A DNA stretch of 64,000 bases from the NCBI RefSeq assembly GCF_000142905.1, contig NW_013657678.1, positions 1-64,000 on the forward strand. Direction: 5' to 3'. Below the pieces are notes generated by a model, which made no database searches, was not told the origin of the DNA, and was given only the letters and a program-made list of their open reading frames with translations. The DNA is from Thecamonas trahens ATCC 50062. Taxonomy: Eukaryota; Protista; Apusomonadida. Position 1 is the stretch's first letter, and every line of letters starts with the position of its first letter. Positions 1 to 12,418 of the stretch are shown piece by piece. The position numbers and the translations under genes were made by a program.

Positions 1-622
1 TAACCCTAAGTGAACCAACCCTAACCCTAACCCTAACCCTAACCCTAACCAAAAACCTAACCCTAACCCTAACCCTAACCCTAACCCTAACCCTAACCCT
101 AACCCTAACCCTAACCCTAACCCTAACCCTAACCCTAACCCTAACCCTAACCCTAACCCTAACCCTGGGCCGGACCCTAACCCTAACCCTAACCCTAACC
201 CTAACCCTAACCCTAACCCTAACGCGGACCCTAACCCTAACCCTAACCCTAACCCTAACCCTAACCCTAACCCTAACCCTAATCCTAACCCTAACCCTAA
301 CCCTAACCCTAACCCTAACCCTAACCCTAACCCTAACCCTAACCCTAACCCTAATTTTAACCTTAACCCTAACCCTAACCCTAACCCTAACCCTAACCCT
401 AACCCTAACCCTAACCCTAACCCTAACCCTAACCCTAACCCTAACCCTAACCCTAACCCTAACCCTAACCCTAACCCTAACCCTAACCCTAACCCTAACC
501 CTAACCCTAACCCTAACCCTAACCCTAACCCTAACCCTAACCCTAACCCTAACCCTAACCCTAACCCTAACCCTAACCCTAACCCTAACCCTAACCCTAA
601 CCCTAACCCTAACCCTAACCCT
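1..622. repeat. Telomeric repeat array (CCCTAA)n, i.e. TTAGGG-type chromosome end
   Basis: About 100 tandem CCCTAA units at the start of the window, with a few aberrant units; ends at ccctag (~623). Confidence 0.98.
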
Positions 623-779
623 AGCTGATGCCTCATCAACCCTAGCCACACTCCATTCCTCCCCACCCACCACCACTCACTCCACTTACCACTCACTGCC
701 CCCTTGCCACCCCTACCCATCCCACCCATGACCCATATCCACATTCCCACCCACCCCACCATACTCATTCTCCACCCAC

Positions 780-1560
780 CATGCGAATGGCTGTGCACGG
801 GCCTGAATTGAGTCTTTGATGGTGATTCACAATCCCCATCCCTCCATTGACACTTGCCCGTGTCACTTGTTCGGCCGAGTGGCATGTGCGGGTTGTTGAG
901 TGACATGAATGTCATTCAACATTTTCATGATTCGCCACTCGTCACTCGTTCGATTGTTTGACATGCAATTGAATGTCATTGATCATTGTCAATTGATCAT
1001 TCGATTCTTTCTCCTTCTTTTGTTGTTGGCTATCCATGTTCCTTGTTCTTTGCCGTTCATGTTTCCACATGCTTTGTTGTTGCTATTGTCTGCCTTCATG
1101 TTCTGCTTTGGTTGCTTTTGCCTGTGATGGTTGACTACAATCGACATGCATTCCCATTCATCATTCCTTTCGCTTTGTTGTTGCTTTGTATCATTGTTCG
1201 GCATGCTTCAGTTGTTCTTGATTCCCCTGTTTTCATCGACCTTGACTTCCACATCCATGATCGACCTTGCTCACTACACCATCGATTCTCAACTTTGTTG
1301 TTGTTGGCCATGGTCAATAGTTGTGCATGCAATGTATTTTGTGTTGACTTTGTTGTGTTCTGGTAGTGGTTGATCTGCAGATCTGATTGATCAACCGCCC
1401 CTGCCTCATTGACCTCAACGTCACCCGAGTTCATCCCATTGCCTGCCAGCTTTACCCAGTCCCTGTTGACTTTCTCATGTGTGTGCTGTGCAAGCCATGT
1501 ATGAACTTTGGTTGTTGTTGTGGACGTCATTGCCTCGTTTGATGCTGGTTCCGGCTTTCT
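780..1560 (-). pseudogene. CpG-depleted, decayed coding-like relic in the subtelomere (possible transposon or gene remnant)
   Basis: About 18 CpG in 901-1560 by hand count, versus several per 60 bp in neighbouring genes. TpG/CpA excess (gttgttgttg where genes have gtcgtcgtcg). Broken minus-strand frames with TGA/CAA where CGA would fit. Confidence 0.4.
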
Positions 1561-3340
1561 TCAATTAATTCAACGCTCAACTCAATTAACGTCCGCCGCC
1601 TTCCCTCTGCCGCCCAAGCCCCTCCACCCTCATCAACCACACCTCACACACACGTATCAGCCGTATCATACTCACCTTCATCAATGCTCAAGCCCAATCG
1701 CCATATCCACCACCGCTTCGCCCGTCCCGCCACCCATGTCACGACCCCCCTCATCCCCCCTACCATACTCATTACGCCCGATCACTCCCAACCACTACAC
1801 TCACCCCCTACTCCACCACCATCACTATCATCCTAGCCACAACCACCACCCACAGGTCGTGCCCATACCCACCACCATCCCATCGCGCACTCGGCTTCCT
1901 CTTCCTCCTCATCCTCCTCGTCTTCCCGCTCTACGTCACCTCCATCCTCATCCCCGACCCCGACACCCACACTCCTCAACCATCACATGCCAGACTGCCC
2001 ATCCATTAACCAACAGCGGTCTCAAGCCACCCAGCCTCGATCCAGCCCCCTCTGCTGCCCCTCCTCGCCGACCACCAGCCGCCAGCCGCCTCCCGCTCGC
2101 CCGATCAGGCCCACCTTCATCACTATCTAGCTCCTTCCCACTACCAGCTACGCTACCCACAACCTCACCCAATGTCATCACACACCCCACACTATCACCA
2201 GTACCAATATCGCTATCAGCGATACCCATCGACCTCGGCTCACTTGCGCGTCGACTTGTTCTGCCTAGGTGGTTGAGCACGTCCTCGACCGCCCGACCCT
2301 GCACACGCCCCCACCACACTCATTGCAAGATATGACCAATCTGATTTCACTACTACTCTACTACACGTCCACACTACCCCTTGCACAGTCTCCAATCCAC
2401 AGCTGCTGTATTCCAGAATCCGAGTTTCGCCGGCTCAGGCCCAAGTTGTTGGCCCTGTTTCCCTTCGATGCTGCTCACCCCCTGCCGCGGGCCCATCTCC
2501 GACCCCCACTCCCCACCATCACCACCCACAACCACCATACCCACACCACACGTACTCACCACCCCTGCAAACATAGCCACCCACCCCCTGTTCGCCGTTA
2601 CGCACATCAGTCGACGCCATCCCGTCAACAGCATCGCTGCCGACCGCCGGCTGCTCGCCGCCGACCGCCGCCCGCCGCCGACCGACCACCGCCGGCACCA
2701 CCGAGAGCTAGCTAGCCATCGACAGAGCATTGGAGACGATGCAGAGAGATAGCCACATCATTGGCAATGCCTACCAGGGTGCCCTCCAACCCACTCCTCC
2801 CCTCCCTTCTCCGGCCTTGCCCATCACAGCCCCCGCCGGCCTGCTCATCGCCAGCCGCCCCTGCTGCCGATCACCGAGCCAGACGACGAAGCCACCGGGC
2901 TGGCCAAGACAAGGAATAACAAGAGAGGGCCAGTGCAATCGATAGGTATTGCAGTGGCCGGCTAAAGTGCAGTTGGCTGCTTCCCCGCAATCTCAAGCCA
3001 TCGTCTCCATCGACGTCCATCAATCAAATCCCGTCGGCCCTCCTCGCCCATGCCGCCTAAGTACCTGCTTCCCTCATCTCCCACACCCACACACATCCAT
3101 TATCCTCATCGCCTCTTCTATACTCATTACTCTCCATCCTCACGATATCTTTTGGACACGTTTTCTTTGGCCGCCGCAGCGAGATGAGGATGAGTAGCGA
3201 ATGGGTGGATTGAGAGGAATGCCGATTGTAAAGATGGAGCTGCGGCTGGCTTAACGTGTCGAACGAGCTGGCGAACGTGCGCCTCTTTGGTTGAATGTAA
3301 GCAGCATAGCTCCCTGGTGAACTACTGACGAGTTCATCTA

Positions 3341-6300
3341 TCACCGCCGCGAGTTGCGTCGCTGCCCAACGTGACTCTGGTTACGCGTCTTGGAGCCACG
3401 CAGTGAACTTCTCGAGCCATCGCCACCCATACCTGATCTGTTGCTCATGCGCGTGGATAGCACGGCAGAATGTGGCATGTCCGACAGGTCGACAGACGCC
3501 GAACACACCAGCGACTCTGACGGCGAGTCGTTGCTGGTGGCTGGCGACGGGCCCGACTTGCTTGACAAGTTTCTCGACTCCGATCGCGTGCTGGAGCCCC
3601 AGTCCGAGCCCGATCGCGAGCTCGAGCTCATCGAATCGTGGTCGACGCGCATGGTGGCGTCGACAGGTGCAAGTGCGATGCTGGTGTTGGGCGAGTCATA
3701 GTAGGAGTGTGGCAGAACCTCGCCGAGTTGTTCGCGTAGAGATCGTGATCTGACGTCCGGCAAATGCATGGCGAGGTGGCGGACAAGTGCCTCGTCATGA
3801 GCAGCGTTGATTGGGTGGGCCGCACTGACGCGGTGGCGGTCACGAATGCGCTCACCAATCTCGTGCACGCCAGCAGTGATGATGGAGCCTAGGGCGTAGG
3901 CCATGGTGGCGACCACAATGACGACGATTGCCACAAACGAGCCGCGTGAGTGGTCGTCAAGCACAAAGAGCATGCCGGAGCACACAAGGATGAGCACACA
4001 CACGTCGAGCTTCATCTCCAGCGTATTATGCTTCGGCAGGTGGAACGGTTTGTACTTGAGCACAAACACAGCCGATGCGCCAAAGACAGCGATGAGGCCT
4101 CCAAAGAGCCACACCAGGATGTTTGAGAAGAACAGCGCTGTCGAGACAAACCCCAGCCGCTTGATCAGCTGCGCCACCTCGTACCAGTACCACTTGCGAA
4201 GGTAGATGTTGTAAATGGAGCCGAGTCTAAGCAATACATCCGGATCATCCAATCGATGCCGCCTCCGCCATAGCCGGACCGCAAAGAACACCGGCATAGC
4301 CGCCACATACACGACAAGGCCGACTAGCGCAAGCGGCAGAACTGACAACCACTCGTCGCCAAAACACTGGACCGATGTATCTGCATCGAGTACGTAGCTA
4401 TTGTTCGGCAGCTGTGAGCAATCAAAGAAGACCAGCACCGAGCGCGAGAGCGGAATGTACACCAGTGGCCCAAATACGACCACCAGCCGCTCCATCACGG
4501 CCTGCAGTGGCACGTGTGTCATCGCGGCACGCGGAATGCAGCACGCCATGAGTCCGGGAACCATCTTGACAGCACACACAAGCATCACAAGCACCACCGC
4601 TAGAACCAGTGGCAGCGCAAGAGACATCATGTACCGCACGAGGAACGACTTGACGGTGCAATCAGTGGCAAACAGACTCAGCTGAACATTAGCCACGTTG
4701 GCTGCATCCAGAATTTGCTGCACGGGCGGCTCCGGCCAGTTGAGTGGCGCGCGCGCCAGAATGCCCAGCACCTGCAGGAAGACCAGGCCCACAGCTACGG
4801 CATGTGGCACTGTCTTCACCCGAGACATCTCGCTCGCGGAGTAGCCTGGCTTACTCAGTGTCGCTGCCGTCACGATGACAACCACAAACGCCACCACGCC
4901 CACGACGACCACCAGAATCAGGAGCAGAGCAAAGAGCGCCGTCGACGACTTTGGGCAAGCGTCGCACTTGCCGTCTGCCAGGCGGTACGCATTCTCGGCA
5001 CACTAGGTGCAAAAGTACGATCCGACCTTGTAATGCCTTCCGCAGTTGAGCCCGCCGATGCATGCGCTCGGCACAATACAGGCGGAAAACTCTACGCCGG
5101 CCGAAGTGCCGTCATCTGGGTAGAAGCCGGGAGAGGCGACGGGCCACATCAGCGCACCGGCACATGTGCCACCAGGTGGGCATGCAATGCATGCCGTGTT
5201 GACTCGCCGTTCCGGTGTGTAAAAGCCCGGCGGGCAGACGCAAGGCGGGATGTCCAACGAGCCGTTGATAACCCGCAGCGTGTTGTCGGGGCAATCGACG
5301 CACTCGCCGTTGATGGCCAAGGCGCTCCCGCTGCACGTCACCTGTACCTTGCACGGATCGGTCGAGGTGTTGGGCGAGAACGTGCCCGTCAAGCACTCGG
5401 CGCATACTAGTGGCGTGCCATCGGCTGAGAACCGCCCGTAGCCTTCGCCGCATGCCGAGAGCGTCACCGTCAGATCTGCAATCTCTGTTGCGCTGTCGGC
5501 CAGTGCCTCCTTGAGCCGCAGCGAGTAGCTTAGTGGGACTCCAAGGTCCGCAATGCTCAATGGTGAGAGCGCAACAGAAGCTAGTGAGTATGCGCCGCCG
5601 ACGTACTCTCCCTTGCGCTCCAACGCACGAGGATCTATCAGCGACGACGAAATGACGGTGTAGAGCAAGTTCGCATCGACCACAAGGGTGGAATACGCAT
5701 CACGGAGCGTCACCTCGCCTTTCCCTAGACCCAAACCGGCAGTGGCCGTGGATGGAATCGAGGCCGGCATCGCCGATGCCGGCTGGGACGCTGCCACCTC
5801 GCCGTAGCCGGCAGTCACTGTTGCGGCCGCCCACAGAGCGGGAGGCGCTTGAAATTGCGGATCGTCCAAGCAGTGGTACACAATGCCACCACCAAAGGTG
5901 GCGGCAACGGTGCCTCGAATATCGGTCTCGTTGCCAAACTCCCATGACGGGCCACACGAAAAGGCCACGCCACCGTAAGCTGCCGTCGCGCCGTCGACTA
6001 TAAAGTCGGCTGCTGCACCGAGGGCAGACACGGAAGAGCCGGCCCGCCGCAGCGCCATGGGCTCTAACGCGGAAGGGACGGCTGTACCCGCGACCGCAAC
6101 AGCCCCTCCCCAGCGCGCCGAGCAATCGCGGAGAGTGATCGGCCCGCTCTGATCGAGCGTGAGCGAGAGTGAAGTGACAGCCATTGCCCCGCCCGCCCCG
6201 AGAAGCGCAGTACAGTGCTCGGCAACCACACCATCAAGCGCCAAGCTCACAGTCGAGCCATCGATGTACAACGCCCCGCCCGAGCCCGAACTTGCCGAGG

Positions 6301-9300
6301 CCGCCGTAAAAGCCGTGTCGCGGACAACAACCGCTAACACCGCCGACGCGTACACAGCACCACCGCCGATGCCATTCGCACCGGTCACTCGCGTCCGCTC
6401 AAACACGCATCCAGCCATCGTTACCGAAGACGCGCCGAACAAGGCCACAGCACCGCCGGCAAACGCAGCGTCAGTGTCGGTAAAGACTGTGTCAGTGAGC
6501 ACGAGGCTACCACCGTTGACGACAATGCATCCACCTTGCCCGGCCTGCAATTGGAAGGTCGATGCGGCCGAAGTGTCGCAATGAGAAAAGCTCGAGTTGG
6601 TGACCACCAGAGCGGCCGACGACATCACACCGGCAGTCTCAGACGAAGCTGGCAAGCCGAAAGTGGTGCCGTGGACCGCAACGTTGACCAGATGGAGCGT
6701 GGCGGTGGCGGCAAAAACCACACCACCGCCACGTGCCGCACAATCAAACGCTGCGTTGGAGATGTGTGTGGCGGACGAGACAGGCACCGCCCGTCCGCCG
6801 CCCACAATCCCCAGCACGGTCTGCTCTCGCGCGCAACCGACAAACGGTCGGGCGAGCCCTGCTCCAACAACGTAGGTGTCCGTGCAGGAAGAGATGTGGC
6901 TGAGCGATGCGGCGAGACAGGCCAGAGTGTACGGCACGCCGCCGCACTCGGGCACTGTCAGCGTAGCACGCGAGCCGGGCACAGCTACAAGCGCCCCAAA
7001 CTCGGGCGTTTGCAGGGCGACATGAACCGAGGTGTTGGTTACGGCGGCAATGTCCAGATAGCCGTCGTCTGAAAAGTCAGCAAGCACCAATGAGAGCGTT
7101 GCCGAGGTCGGGAGGGTATCGACAACATTGCGTACATCACTCGCGTCAAAAGACATGTCCAGCTCGTTGTTGAACCAAAAGCCGGCCGCGCCCAAGACGT
7201 CGACCCAGAACACGTCGGCGCGGCCATCATGCGTGACGTCGACGACACACAAGTCCACCAGCAGGGCGCCCGAAGGCGATCCGAGCGAGACTGCTGCCAG
7301 CCAGTACGACCCGGGGCCGCCGGGCGAGAGAGCGACGTACACCGAGCTTGCCTGCGCCCACACCAGATCGGGACCGGCATTCGGCCCTGGACCCATCGAG
7401 GCAAGCGCAAACGAAGTTGCACCGACGGCAGTCGCGCCGGCTGCGAGGCGCACTACAGGTGGTGCAAATGCCACGGCACTACCGGGCGTGGCGGCTGCGA
7501 CGTAGATGTCGCCAGCTGCCACATCGAGCAACACCAGATCCCGCAGCCCATCGCCGGTAACGTCAGCAGTCCACACGACACAGCCAGGGACAAGCACAAT
7601 ACCTCCAGGAAGCGGCAGGACCACTGGAGAGTCAAACCAGGCCACAGCTGCATCGCTAGTCCACGGAATGCCCGGCACCACCACGGCAGCAGAAGCCGAG
7701 AACGCGAGGACATCGACGGTGCCATCGCCGTTCGCATCAAGCGTCTCGACCGATATCGCTGGGGTAGGAAGGCCGGTCGGTAGCGTCGTGGCGTCGTGGC
7801 TCCACGGTAGCGCCGTGCTCACACCGCCGCGCAAAACAAAGAGATCGTTCGAGCCCGAAGCAGCGAGAACAATGTCAATGGCGGCGTCGCCCGTCACATC
7901 CGCGGCAGCAAAGCTCGAGACCGTGCCGGCAGAGGAAGGCAACGAGAAGAGAAGGGCAGGCGGGGCAAGCGTCGAGGCGGAGGTCACTCCCGACAGCGCT
8001 ACGTAAAGCGCATTACCAGCAGCAAAAACCAGATCGATGTGGCCAGAGTGATCCATGTCGAGGGCGCGTGCTGCTGACGACACGGTCCGAGTCGGTACCG
8101 AGCCCGAGAGAGCAGTGTAGAGCGGAAATGTCCCAAGCGGCTGGAGCTTGACTCGAGTCAGATCTCGTGTAGCGCTCGTGTAGAGAGCGACACGAGCCGT
8201 CGATGTGTCCCTGCTTGGGCCAATGTGAAACGTTGGTGCATCGGTGCCAGATGGCACAAGATAGTAGGCCGGCGCAAACTGGGGCAGGCCCGAACCGAGG
8301 CGCGACTGCAAGGCAACGTATGTCAACCTTCCTCCGGTTGAGTACGTCCCAACAACGACATCAGGTGTTCCATCCATGTTGGCGTCCATGAGCTCGATGC
8401 GCACGTTCTTGGCTTGGGCGAGACCGATGGTCATGTCCGATGACGGGCCGTAGTAAGGCGCAGCGCCAGAGTTGAGATAAATGGTTAACCACGCGTTGAG
8501 CTGGTCGCACACAATAACGTCCGCGTCACCGTCTGCATCCAGATCGCTAATGACGGCGTCGTTAGCATTCTGGTGGGGGATGGCAACGATGGATTGTGAA
8601 TGGGCACTGACCTTGCCACCGGGCCCGGCAATGAGGACATGAAGCTCGTTCTGAGCGTACTTGATACCCACGGCGTCCATTGAGCCGTCTCCGTCGATGT
8701 CGTGCGGCACTACGTTTGTGTAGCCACCAGAGGTGTCAACATGATGATACGACCAAGCCGAGGGCAGATCAGGCCACGTGTTCTCCAGCCATCCCCAGCC
8801 CTTGTCATCGTAGTAAGAGATGAAGGCAATGTCGACATCTCCATCTCCATCATAGTCGTCGACGGTGATTCGCCACGTAACAGTACCCCCATGATTTGCA
8901 GCGGTGGTATAGGTGGTAAAGCCACCGCCACCGTCAGCTATCGAGACTCTCAGAGCCCTAGCGCCCGAGGAAAAGGTGACGGCATCAGTGTGACCATTGC
9001 TATCAAAGTCCCCCGCAGCCGCCGCGTTGCCAGCCATGTCAGTTGTCACATCAGGCCCACTTGTCGCTATGCCACTCGCCGACAAGAACTGAATGGCTGG
9101 CGAGGACTGCGAGACTACGTCCAACACACCATCTCCATTCATGTCACCAAAATCAGTGTATCGAGCACGAATGGCGCCGGCGCCGAGTGGGCTACCTGTT
9201 GCCATGGCAGGCAAGCTCGACTCGCCGCATTGCTGACCGCTGGCTGCCACCACCAACGCCGCCACCACCAAAGCACAGACTCGCCCAAGGTGTACTGCCA

Positions 9301-9301
9301 T
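3341..9301 (-). CDS. Large surface protein: signal peptide, FG-GAP/VCBS repeats, GGA(I/V) beta-helix repeats, Cys-rich repeats, multi-pass TM domain and Ser-rich tail; one in-frame TAG at 5003-5005
   Basis: ORF 9301-5003 has a hydrophobic N-terminus, many DxNGDG/DxDxDG motifs, GGAV/GGAL repeats and CxxC repeats. The same frame continues after the TAG (CT*CAENAYRLADGKCDAC) into ORF 4912-3341, which has several TM helices. Confidence 0.8.
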
Positions 9302-9992
9302 GAAGTATAAGAACCTTCGAGATGTGTGTGTATGTGGGGGGGGGAGGGGGAGCGGGGTATGACCTCGGTGGTTGGGTGTGGGCCGCTAGGTGGTGCGGAA
9401 GGGGTGGTGGTGGAGACGCCAAGATGGAGGGTGCGACTTCCGCCATACTTCTTTGGTGTGTCGTGTTTTTTGGGGGGTTTGTGGGCAGATCGAGGGGTCT
9501 AACGCAGACGAGTTGACGCATGGATTGGCGAGGAAACTGACAACACCGTTGTGGCCACTCCTCACAGCCACCCACACAGCAAGGAGAGAGAGAGATACCA
9601 ATCTGACCCCCTAGAAACCACAAGTTGCGCGCTCAGCATAGTGGACGCGGGGAAAAAAAGGAAAAATGCCCTTCCCCCTAGCGTTCTCTTGCCCCGGCAA
9701 ACTCCAGCCATTTCGTCCCTTCACACCCCTGTGCTCCAATCTGACAAAGGACCAGGCGGCGGGCAGAAGCACGACACAACGGTTGAAGTGACCCTGCTCA
9801 TTTACTCCCAGCTCTCAGCGGCGGCCGGGCTGAGGCCTGTGTTCGCCGCGGCCGTCGCATCCATCGCGGCCTCTCGAGCCGACCGCAACCCCGAGTTTGA
9901 TGTCGATGAGCAGCGGCGGCGCCAACCGCATGTCGCCGCACGTGCGTTTGGAGCGCAAGCCAAGTGCGCTCGCCTGCTTGTGCGCACGAACT

Positions 9993-10232
9993 CTAGCTTT
10001 TCGTCCTAGTCTGGCTCAACGCCGCGTTGAGCGCGTCGCGGATGTGGTTCGCTTTGGGCTTGCGGACCTTGGCCTTGCCCATCGTGAGCTTTGTCTCGAG
10101 TGCCACCTTTCGGAGAAAGAGGCAATAGTTGAGCGTGAGCAACAGATCAACTTTCTCGCCGTCCTTCACCTTGAGTCGCGGATTGTACCCCCGGACAACC
10201 TTGAGCACCGTCGACTTGGGCAGGGTCTTCAT
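9993..10232 (-). CDS. CENPW: CENP-W-like histone-fold kinetochore protein (79 aa)
   Basis: MKTLPKSTVLKVVRGYNPRLKVKDGEKVDLLLTLNYCLFLRKVALET...HIRDA matches the CENP-W pattern (P..LKR....P.LR....DLL..LN..LF...LA.E); recognised by eye. Confidence 0.7.
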   Translation of the reverse strand: MKTLPKSTVLKVVRGYNPRLKVKDGEKVDLLLTLNYCLFLRKVALETKLTMGKAKVRKPKANHIRDALNAALSQTRTKS

Positions 10233-10479
10233 GCTGCGCACCGCTCGCCGTCCTCGCCGTGAGTCACCAGCCCGCACACCCGCCAACCGCGCCCCGCACA
10301 CCCCGCACACCCCGCACACCCGCACAAACCACATAAACACATGCCACATAGCATCACTCCACACAGGCCTTCCCTCCCGCCGCCTTCCACGGCATCCTAG
10401 CCCCGCTACGTGCCCTTCTTCGTCCACCACAGCCGGCCTGTGTTTTGGCGCCACCACCAGCAAGCCACCAACCACAACA

Positions 10480-10481
<2 letters not shown>

Positions 10482-10533
<52 letters not shown>
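10482..10533. repeat. (CA)n microsatellite
   Basis: Direct observation. Confidence 0.95.
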
Positions 10534-10537
<4 letters not shown>

Positions 10538-10666
10538 AACACTCCCTCTCGAGGTGTAACACCACATACCCACCACCACTATTCCCAAGACAAGTTGTCT
10601 ACCCTCTCCCCCCCCCCCCCTCCCCCCCCCCCCCCCTGCCACCACCACACACTCAACCCTGCCACC

Positions 10667-12243
10667 ATGCCGTCCTCCGCCGCTGCAGTCTTCGGTTGTG
10701 CCCTCCTTGCATTTGCCCTCTGCTGCTCCGCACAGACATACCCGCTCCCCTACTGCTCCGTACGCCCTGCCATTCCCATACCCATACCCCCCACCTCCGC
10801 CTCCGCCTCCGCCTCCGCCTCCACCTCCGCGCACGTGCTCCCCATCCAGCCACTCACCACCACACATCCTCCCCCTCCTCCTCCTCCTCCTCGCTGCAGG
10901 CCAACTCATCGGTGGCCCCGAGCAACCCGTGGCTCAAGTCCACCTTTGACACCGATGAATACTCGCTTGCCCTCGTCCAGCGTACGCTACCTCCCTCCCC
11001 TCCCCCTTCCCTCTCCTCCCCCCCCCCCTTCGGCAACGGAACTCACCCCAGCCACCCACCCACCCGCCTGCCTAGTCATCTTCCGCCACGGCGATCGTGT
11101 GCCGGTTGTCGGCCTGCCTGGTGCCGGCAACGAGGCCGAATGGACGTGCCAGCTGAGCATGGTTGACAAGCCGGCGACTGGCTCGGCCGATGAGGGCTAC
11201 CTCGACGAGCCGCGCCTGTTCCGGTTCACCCAGCTCGAGAACCGCGGCGTCCTGCCCGGCAACTGCTCGCTCGGCCAGCTGACCGAGAAGGGTCACGTCC
11301 AGCACAACATTATCGGCTCGCACTTCCGCGAGCTCTACCACGACACCTACGGCTTTATTCCGTCCGAGTACAACTCGCGCGACGTCTGGGTCCGTGCCAT
11401 CAACATCCCGCGCTGCCGCCAGTCGGCCCAGTCCGAGATCCAGGGCATCTTCCCTAACGTCTACGAGCGCGGCCCGGTCTACGAGGCTGTTCCCATCCAC
11501 ACCATGGACCCCAACTACGAGAACATGTCGCCGAACTTTGCCGCCTGCCCCAACCTCCTCAAGCGCATCGCTGAGCAGCAGCAGTCGCAGGCCTGGGCCG
11601 ACTTCCGCGCCGACACCAAGGGCCTCACTTCGCACATCCTCTCGCTCCTCCACCTCGAGTCCGAATCCGCCATCGGCTCGACCCAGTACCCGTTCTTCAT
11701 CGGCGTTTTCGACGACTTTGCCTGCCGCAACTGCCACAAGCTCCCGCTCCCGCCGGCGTCTCGCAGTCGACCTTTGACCAGGTCGTCGATGCCGGCACCT
11801 GGACCGTCAACCACTGGCTCTTCAACGAGACGATGGCCTCCATCTCGGTCGGTACCTTCTTTGGCGAGCTCCTCACTGCCATGGAGGATGTCATGTCCGC
11901 CGGCTCTGCCTACGACGGCCCCATCCTCCGCCTCTACGGCGGCCAGGACCTCACCATCGGCCCGCTCCTCAACTGCCTTGGCGCCTACAACGGCGCATGG
12001 CCGCCCTACGCCGCCCACCTCTCCATGGAGCTCCTCGTCAACAACGCTGGCGACTACTTTGTCCACCTCCTCTACAACGGTGACGAGATCGTCGTCCCGG
12101 GCTGTTCCGCCATCTGCCCGTGGTCCAAGTTCATCTCGCTCGTCGGCCACAATGCCCTCACTCCGGCCCAGTACGCCACAATGTGTGGTGCTGCTGGTCC
12201 CCAGGGCCCTTGGTCGCCCATCAACGCCGCCATGTACATGTAG
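10667..12243 (+). CDS. Secreted/lysosomal histidine acid phosphatase (3 exons; apparent 1-nt frameshift near 11755)
   Basis: Signal peptide; introns 10760-10899 and 10982-11075 (GTACG..AG); RHGDR motif, GQLT, and C-terminal PPYAAHL..EL. The frame switches into ORF 11833-12243. Confidence 0.88.
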
Positions 12244-12418
12244 CGTCCCCCCCCCCCCCCCGTCGCCTGCGCGACATTCACTTGTTCGTGAAACGACAAA
12301 CCCCACTCGCACCCGCCGGCTCCACCCACTCCCACGCCTACACACCGCTCTCTGCACAACCACAGAGTCCCGGACAACACCTCTCTCTACCTCTTACTCT
12401 CTCTCTCTTCAACACACT

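Noticed and set aside
1-365. Variant telomere units (ccctgggccgga, cgcgga, ttttaa, aaaaa) as a novel telomere code or insertion
   Set aside because: CCCTGG and TTAAAA-type units are known nanopore basecalling errors in TTAGGG arrays, and they sit at the distal contig end where coverage is usually lowest.
1508-2752. Pro/His-rich subtelomeric ORFs as genes
   Set aside because: Products of C-rich low-complexity sequence, with no host codon bias or recognisable motifs.
5003-5005. TAG reassignment (alternative genetic code or pyrrolysine)
   Set aside because: TAG terminates many conserved genes in this window at the expected ends (ATP synthase delta, FKBP, PCYT2, syntaxin).
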